From contig OZ024742.1 of assembly GCA_964016885.1 (NCBI GenBank), positions 134,230,001-134,294,000 of the forward strand: a stretch of DNA of 64,000 nt, written 5' to 3'. Under the pieces are notes generated by a model. That model saw nothing but the letters and a program-made list of their open reading frames with translations. It made no database searches and was not told where the DNA came from. A program made the position numbers and the translations under genes. Shown in pieces: positions 56,473 to 64,000 of the stretch; position 1 is the first letter of the stretch; the number at the start of each line of letters is the position of its first letter. The DNA is from Eledone cirrhosa (Eukaryota).

Positions 56473-57050
56473 AGAATTGGTGCTCTGAAATAGCGATATT
56501 AATATGAATGTATATATAGTGTATTTTGCAATTTTGCAATACACTGTATGCTTAATTAAAACCATTTTGAATGCCGTACGCTATTGTTTAAAAGTAACGA
56601 CATTGTCGCTAACTTAAATTTTCGGCAGACTGGGGTAGATAAGTTGACAGCGCTGTTTGGTACTTTTTGGTACTTATCAAAACACACTACTCTCCCCGTC
56701 TGCCGAATGTTGGGTTCTTATAGAATTCCAGTAACAATCAGGAACTGAGTTTACACAGCGGTCGCCGGCCCAGCAGAAATCGAAAATTAGAATTGGTGCT
56801 CTGAAATAGCGATATAAGTTTATGAATGTATATATAGTCTATTTTGCAATACACTGTAAGCTTAATTAAAAGCATTTTGAAGACAATACGCTATTGTTTT
56901 AAAGTAGCGAGATTGTCGCTTACTTAAATTTTCGGCAGTCAGTGGGAGATACTATTTGGTACTTATCAAAACTCATCAGCTCTGTTTCGTACTATTTGGT
57001 AGTTATCAAAACTCACTACTCACTACCAGCAACAGGTCTGACCTGTTTAA
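56468..57050 (-). repeat. Diverged ~318-bp tandem repeat carrying U3-A8 hammerhead motifs
   Basis: 56468-56640 recurs at 56785-56950. Minus-strand motif gtt TTGATAA gtac-caaaaa-gtac cAAA cagcgctg TC aac (56643-56683) and TTGATAA ctac-caaata-gtac GAAA cagagctg (~56976-57013). Confidence 0.65.
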
Positions 57051-57151
57051 TAGCGGGTATCACCGAAAAATATATTGCAGCGAATATGAATAAACGAAGT
57101 TAATTGTAACCTGTTGAATTACACTTCTTGTTTATATATATATATATATAT

Positions 57152-57255
57152 GAAAAAGGATGACCCCGACGGCAGAGCTCAAACCGTTTCGACGGCTATT
57201 TCCAGAAATATCCGTCGAAACGGCTTGGGCTCTGCCGTCGGAGTCATACTTTTTC
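57152..57255. repeat. ~104-bp GC-rich hairpin/palindrome inside a (TA)n-flanked insert
   Basis: gaaaaaggatgaccccgacggcagagctcaaaccgtttcgacgg...ccgtcgaaacggcttgggctctgccgtcggagtcatactttttc. Confidence 0.85.
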
Positions 57256-57465
57256 CTATTTCCCACTCTACTACTCTAAGTATTGAGTACTCTGGTGCGT
57301 TATGGTCCATCTGGTTCCTTACCACAATTCCTTTGTTATATATATATATATATATAGACAATTGAAGGCAGACGTTTGTGCCAGGCTCGTCTGTCTTCCT
57401 GAAACCTTTGGTAAATGAAATAATGTTGTTTATTTCATAACTATATATATATATATATAGGTATA

Positions 57466-57554
<89 letters not shown>

Positions 57555-57584
57555 TCACCAAAGGCATTTATTCCTAAATGATAA

Positions 57585-58852
57585 ATGGCTAACAATATAT
57601 CATTGTACCTCGACTTTGCCAAGGCATTTGACAAGGTAGATCATGGCATCCTGGGATACAAACTTCGAAAGCTAGGAGTAGGAGGGAAAGTTGGTACATG
57701 GATACATGAGTTCCTTAAAAATAGAACTCAAACAGTCACTGTGAATGGAACCCATTCAACACCATCACCTGTGACCAGCAGTGTTCCTCAGGGTGCAGTA
57801 CTCGGCCCGATCCTGTTTCTCATCCTCATCGATGAAGATACAACCAGCAACATCTCATCCTTTGCTGATGACACCAGGGTCATGAGACAAATCAAAGACG
57901 AGGTGGATACAGAGGCCTTACAAAAGGACCTAACCACCATATACAAATGGCAGGAAACAAACAACATATTGTTCAATGATAAGAAGTTTGAACTAATTCG
58001 CTACGGAACAGATCAAGATCTGAAAAATACAACAAACTACAGAAACCCATCAGGACAACAAATAATGGAAAAACAGTGTGTGAAAGATTTAGGCATCCAC
58101 ATGGGAACCAGCCTAAAATTTAGAGAACACCTTGACTCAGTCTGTCTTACTGCAAGAAAGTACGGCGGGTGGATCTTGCGCACCTTCAAATCAAGAGATA
58201 CCTCAACAATGAAAACCCTCTGGAACAGTGTTACTTCCGAGGATTGACTACTGTTCTCAGTTGTGGTCACCATCAACAAAGGGCCAACTATCTAAGATGA
58301 AATCGCTCCAAAGAAATTTTACCTCATACTTCTCAGAAACGAGGGACCTGGATTATTGGCAAAGACTCAAAACCTTGAAGAAGTACTCAATAGAAAGAAA
58401 ATTTGAGCGATACCGAAGTATATACATTTGGAAAATGATAGAGCAAAAGGTGCCAAACTTTGGTATCAAAACCTACCACTCACTGCGCCACGGAAGATGC
58501 TGCCAGCTACCACCAATCAGCAAAAGGGCTGGCCAGGCAGCAAAAACCCTGCGAGAGTCAAGTCTGTTGGTTCGAGGGGCACAACTATTCAACTCCATTC
58601 CGGTACATGTAAGAAATCTATCAGGATGCAGTGTGGAATCATTCAAATTGCAGCTGGATAGATACTTAAGCACCATTAGAGATGAACCCCATCTCCCAGG
58701 ATATACACAACGAGCACAAACGGACTCAAACTCGCTCCTACACATGTCAAAATTAAACAGAGAATCCAACCTGGCAACCACACCAGACTCTGAGGGTGGA
58801 GACTTCGACTTGGCCTGAGCATGGACTCAAACCCAAATGAAATGAAATGAAA
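57585..58852 (+). mobile_element. 5'-truncated CR1/L2-group LINE (RT and C-terminus), one frameshift near 58230
   Basis: [67 protein letters not shown] and FKLQLDRYL. (atgaa)n tail at 58838-58852; flanked by TA arrays. Confidence 0.9.
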
Positions 58853-60497
58853 TATATATACATACACTTGCATTTGTACATTTGTACATACTTGTATAAA
58901 TACGTACATGCGTATGTTCTTGGGAATATGTGAATAGCTCCTCTATCGTTTCGTGCCTTTTTCTTTCCAGTAGTGTATTAATGTGCAAGTGTCAAGCCAC
59001 AGAAGCATAATCCCTTAATATGGCTTTAGGTGAGATTAAATGTGATACTTATGCAACGGTCCTGATGTAATGAACTAGGGGTCATTTTCTCATTTGTTTC
59101 TATGAGTCGAATAATGGAAAATATAATATATTTGTCAAGGGCACAAAGCACGACAAAGAATACAACTCATGACCTAAGCACGCATCTTAATTCATACATA
59201 TATATAAACATACTCACATAATTACATTAAATCACGTATACATACTTACATACAATGGCTATCCTTACCTGTTTACCTTTTTTTTATAACATTGGCCATG
59301 CACTCAATAAAGTTGTATATATATGCATACGAATTTGTATTTTTTACATATACAACCATGTAAATGCATGTCCTGCTTCCCATGTTTTCATTTTATTGTT
59401 TCCGCATGTCATTTCAACAAAAGGTTGTCGAGATTTTGCGTCTTATAAAAATGTTTAATTTCCCGACAAAATATTTAGAAACAAAGAAACGAAAAGCATA
59501 TTTATATTAGTAACAAACAAAAGAAACAAGGAAACATGAATTAATTATTTCAACGTAAAATGAAAGCGTGATACCCTGTATAGTTTTAGGGATTGGAATG
59601 TTATTGACATTTGTGTGTTTATATTCAGCTATACAATATTTAATACAATAAAGTTATTTCAGTAAAATGAAATAAAATATTTCATACAAGTCTTAAATAA
59701 AAAGACTCTACTGGAACATACTAAACTTCGCGTTGGAAAAATACTAAATTTAGCGTTGCAAAAAAACAACATATTTTCTAAAAGAAATTAATTTAAAACA
59801 AAAAATTAAATTATATTTTATTGGGAATTTCATTTTATATGCATGTAACCTTTCGACCTTAAAATCACAGCATCTGTATTGTGTGGTGATTTTATTTCTA
59901 TGCATGACGACATATAATGATATTTTATTCTGTGGTATCGGAACAAATGTTTAGTGTTTTGTTTTTATGCTTCTCTACACTGCTATTTGAATAGCTCCAG
60001 ATGTTTCAATAAATTGTAAATGAAATCTAACTGCTCTCATTGCATGGTTAAATGGATATCCTCAAAAGACGTTTTCAATGAATATGGGACTACGTAATCC
60101 GTTGTCGGGTGGAAATAAAATAAAATTAAAGCAGATATTTTGTGGGTAACATGCGCATGTTTAGCTATTATTTTAGGAATTATTAATGTGTAATTTTAAC
60201 GTATAAACAATTATTTTATGAAGAATTCAAAGTTTTAAAGCCACTACGATGCGTAAGAAACAGGGGTTGTTGTTTTTTTAAATTAATTTATTCATATGTC
60301 TTGATATTTCGAGATTAACATCGCTTTTCTTCCGAGGAAAAAAAGGAACTATTCCAGTGTCCGATGTGGCTCTATTTATTTTTATATTATTTCCTCATGG
60401 AATTCTTATATTCTGGAATAACCAAATATTATTTGAAGGTTCGCACTTACTGTAATCTATTCAATATGAGATTAAACGTAATCGAAACGATAGGGTA

Positions 60498-61314
60498 AAA
60501 CGATTAGTTATTGATTAGTTATGAATCCTTTTCATTGATCATAAACAAAAGAGTAAGATTTTAAAAGTGGGTGTCAACTTAACTTATAAATCAATAGCTA
60601 AAATTGAATAGTTCATCGCAATAACCAACTGTGGAAATAAATAAAGAGATCTTTGTATGAATTTCCTTCGGGTGTAGAAACCAACTACGGGAAATATATC
60701 TTGCATGTAAGGGACTTTGATATGTCCTTCAAACAAATACTAAAATGTAGACATAAATACTAAATGTAAGTTACAAAATATTTGGATGTTGGATTAGACT
60801 GGGTTGTTCTAACAAAGACAATTATGACATGGATGAGAATATTGTCATATGAAATGGATGCTATAATGATTATGCGGGATATGCCATTCGGAATAGAAAT
60901 TATTAACTCTATTACATCATCCTTTGTTTTCATAAATATTTTCTTCTTTTAAATTTAATGCATCTCATGAGTGAATATTTGAGAGACATGGTGCTTGTCT
61001 TCCGTTATGTATTAGCCAGTTGAATTAGAAAAGATAACATCTATATAGCATAATGTAGTTGTTGCCGTAACAAAATCCTGAAGTATCCCCAATTTTCCCT
61101 TGGTGACAAATTCGATATGGTTCAGAAAATAATCACTGTAGTTTACATCCTTAGACTACTTCCCAGAGAACTTGAAACCAGCGAATATATGCGAAATTTC
61201 TATAGTTTGGAGGGGGGAAATACTTTGGTGACCAATGTAAAAGTTTGTCTGTATGATTCCTTGATTATTTCTAGGTTCCCGGAGATTTCTGTCGGCTATA
61301 TTTTACTTTGGTAT
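60498..61314 (+). repeat. Left arm of ~820-bp inverted duplication (partner 62939-63758), containing a decayed Gypsy-like RT
   Basis: Near-identical inverse match to 62939-63758. Plus strand shows MPFGI (atgccattcgga, 60881) and an IYI(D)NVVV-like motif (~61039). Confidence 0.75.
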
Positions 61315-61326
61315 ATAGGATGTCGG

Positions 61327-61601
61327 TAACTTATAGTTATATAAGCACTAATATGTTCTTAAGGTACATCCAGCAAGAGCGCAGCAATCAAAATCCCCGC
61401 CATCGTATACATATACAAAGTATACTGGTAGGTACTTGAATTACGTAGCCCATGTGTATGCTTGTGGTACACCCATGGGCTACGTATTTCAAGTACCTAC
61501 CAGTATACCTTGTATATGTATACCATGGCGAGGATTTTGATTGCTGTGGTGTTTCTGTATGTACCTTAAGAACATATTAGTGCTTATATAACTATAAGTT
61601 A
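61327..61601. mobile_element. 275-bp palindromic MITE-like element
   Basis: taacttatagttatataagcactaatatgttcttaaggtacat...atgtaccttaagaacatattagtgcttatataactataagtta. The arms pair almost to the centre (~61465); TA at both ends. Confidence 0.8.
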
Positions 61602-61624
61602 GCTAGATCCTATTCACTCGTTTT

Positions 61625-62220
61625 ATTAGGGACCAGCGCTTAAATTCCTCTGGCTTTTTATGTGCTTAACACTCTTTCTTTTTTATTCTTTTATTTGTTC
61701 TTCTTTCTTTTTTCAGTTCTATCTTTTTAAAAGAAAAAAAATGTTTTACCTTTTTATTTACTTTTTATCTCTTTATATGATCTTCCTTTTACTTTTTTAT
61801 GTTTTAAACGTTCTTTGTATTTTGTGCTTTTGTGTGCCACCAATTGTATCTGCATCTTGTGAGATCTGCTGGTGCCCTAGCATTTAGCTGCTGTGCTTAA
61901 CAAACCCAACATGTACCCTCTCCTTATTCGCCATCTCCGGCCTCCCTATCTTTACCCTCTATTGTATTCCAATTATTCGTGCGACTAAGCTTGGTAGAGC
62001 TTATACTCAGAACTGTGTTTATTACGCTCTGATGATCCCTACACAATGGTATGGATGAAGCATTGTAAGCAAATAAAAACTGTTTGAGTATGTAAGCGTT
62101 CTTCGGTTTCTTTTACATATAACGGCTTTGTTCTCGTACATTGAGCTAATACAATACCGTCAATATACACCACAGTGAGTTATGTTTGTGCACATGCACT
62201 CCGTGCTATACGTACGTAAA
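61625..62220 (+). mobile_element. Penelope pLTR-like repeat (partially duplicated at 63760-64000) with degenerate HHR
   Basis: attagggacca.cgcttaaattcctctggc... recurs at 63760. gct CTGATGA tcc...gga t GAAg catt gTA agc then AATAAA at 62026-62077. Ends in (TA)n. Confidence 0.55.
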
Positions 62221-62224
62221 TAAG

Positions 62225-62280
<56 letters not shown>

Positions 62281-62399
62281 TTTTGTTTGATCTGTACTGT
62301 TCGTCTAAAAACGGGCGACGTAATGTTGTCGATTATAAAGTATTACATTTTTGTTTTTTAAATTGCTATTTTGAAAATGAATAGACGTTGTCGATGATA

Positions 62400-63758
62400 C
62401 TATCTATGCCTCTAACCGGACTTTCAGAAACACACTTCTTTCAGCCCAATTCAGCGTGAAACAAATGATTCTATTCATGTCATTTTGCCAGTTTTGTTCA
62501 CTTCAATATATGGTCCAGACTAGAGAGCGACATTTAATCAGATCTCCAGTCTAGTAAAAGAAACCGCCTTCCAGTTTCGAATAATCATTCAAGATGAAGA
62601 GTAGCAAGCCCAAAATATGGTTGCCGGATATTTGTGATTGTAGGCGACCAACTCTTTTGTTCCTGCTTCCGATACGATGATGTTACGGCATCACCCTGAG
62701 CAGGTATGACTTTCTCTGTTCGAATACGAACGGGTTTAATTCAGGAGAAACATATCCCAAAATAATGGTTCCCATAAATAAAATAAATAAATATAAGAGG
62801 TGAGGTGGAAGACTTTCTACATAGCAAGCTGTCAATGAAACATGTCTCCCATATAGAACGTACTGCAATGTTGAATGAAATGGAGATTCTTGAGGAACAA
62901 TTACGGTATTAGAAAATAAGTAAACAACTTATTCATTAGTATACGAAAGTAAAATATAGCCGACAGAAATCTCCGGGAACCTAGAAATAATCAAGGAATC
63001 ATACAGACAAACTTTTACATTGGTTACCAAAGTATTTCCCCCCTCCAAACTATAGAAATTTCGCATATATTCGCTGGTTTCAAGTTCTCTAATCTGGGAA
63101 GTAGTCTAAGGATGTAAACTACAGCGATTATTTTCTGAACCATATCGAATTTGTCACCAAGGGAAAATTGGGGATACTTCAGGATTTTGTTACGGCAACA
63201 ACTACATTATGCTATATAGATGTTATCTTTTCTAATTCAACTGGCTAATACATAACGGAAGACAAGCACCATATCTCTCAAATATTCACTCATGAGATGC
63301 ATTAAATTTAAAAGAAGAAAATATTTATGAAAACAAAGGATGATGTAATAGAGTTAATAATTTCTATTCCGAAAGGCATATCCCGCATAATCATTATAGC
63401 ATCCATTTCATATGACAATATTCTCATCCATGTCATAATTGTCTTTGTTAGAACAACCCAGTCTAATCCAACATCCAAATATTTTGTAACTTACATTTAG
63501 TATTTATGTCTACATTTTAGTATTTGTTTGAAGGGCATATCAAAGTCCCTTACATGCAAGATACATTTCCCGCAGTTGGTTTCTACACCCGAAGGAAATT
63601 CATACAAAGATCTCTTTATTTCCACCGTTGGTTATTGCGATGAACTATTCAAATTTAGCTATTGATTTATAAGTTAAGTTGACACCCACTTTTAAAATCT
63701 TACTCTTTTGTTTATGATCAATAAAAAGGATTCATAACTAATCAATAACTAATCGTTT
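62400..63758 (-). pseudogene. Decayed Ty3/Gypsy pol relic (RT-RNase H region); 62939-63758 is the right arm of the inverted duplication
   Basis: MPFG and YxDD-like remnants in the arm, continuing on the minus strand into QYVLYGRHVSLT (RNase H YLYGR.F.L.TDH-like; ORF 62683-62868). Confidence 0.5.
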
Positions 63759-64000
63759 GATTAGGGACCAACGCTTAAATTCCTCTGGCTTTTTTATGTG
63801 CTTAAAACTCTTTCTTTTTCTGTTTTCACATATTTCCTTTTAACATTTAAAAAAAACTTGTTTACCTTGTATTTACTTTTTATCTCTTTATATTATCTTC
63901 CTTTTACTTTTTTATTATGTTTTAAACATTGTTTGTATGTTTTGCTTTTGTGTGCCATCAATTGTATTTGCATCGTGTGAGATCTGCTTGTGCCCTAGCA

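Noticed and set aside
56951-57015. Short direct repeats with a spacer, CRISPR-like appearance
   Set aside because: Eukaryotic context, only 2-3 imperfect copies, and explained as duplicated hammerhead segments.

Overview
AT-rich eukaryotic non-coding DNA saturated with (TA)n, (CA)n, (GA)n and trinucleotide microsatellites. The tRNA-derived SINE family and repeat landscape suggest a cephalopod (octopus-like) genome; this is inference. No host protein-coding exon is supported, and most ORF-track entries are microsatellite artefacts. Recognisable content is decayed mobile DNA: an L1/Tx1-like LINE (8.2-12.3 kb); RTE-clade LINE pieces, including a full-length disrupted copy at 29.9-33.2 kb flanked by ~140-bp direct repeats; a CR1/L2-group LINE 3' half (57.6-58.85 kb); two Helitron helicase relics, one with an intact hairpin-CTAG end; several Penelope-like (GIY-YIG) fragments; a Tc1/mariner relic; a Gypsy pol relic in an inverted duplication; palindromic MITE-like elements; and about ten SINE copies. 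The most interesting signal is invisible in the ORF track: about ten minimal type I hammerhead ribozyme (HHR) motifs with palindromic helix III, carried by short non-coding elements in or next to (TA)n arrays. Two unrelated repeat families (45.2-46.7 kb and 56.5-57.0 kb) use the non-canonical core UUGAUAA, a U3-A8 compensatory swap of the C3-G8 pair. The first family forms a young 514-bp-arm foldback plus a direct repeat, an architecture typical of Penelope pLTRs or retrozymes. All structures were read by eye; none has been computed or assayed.
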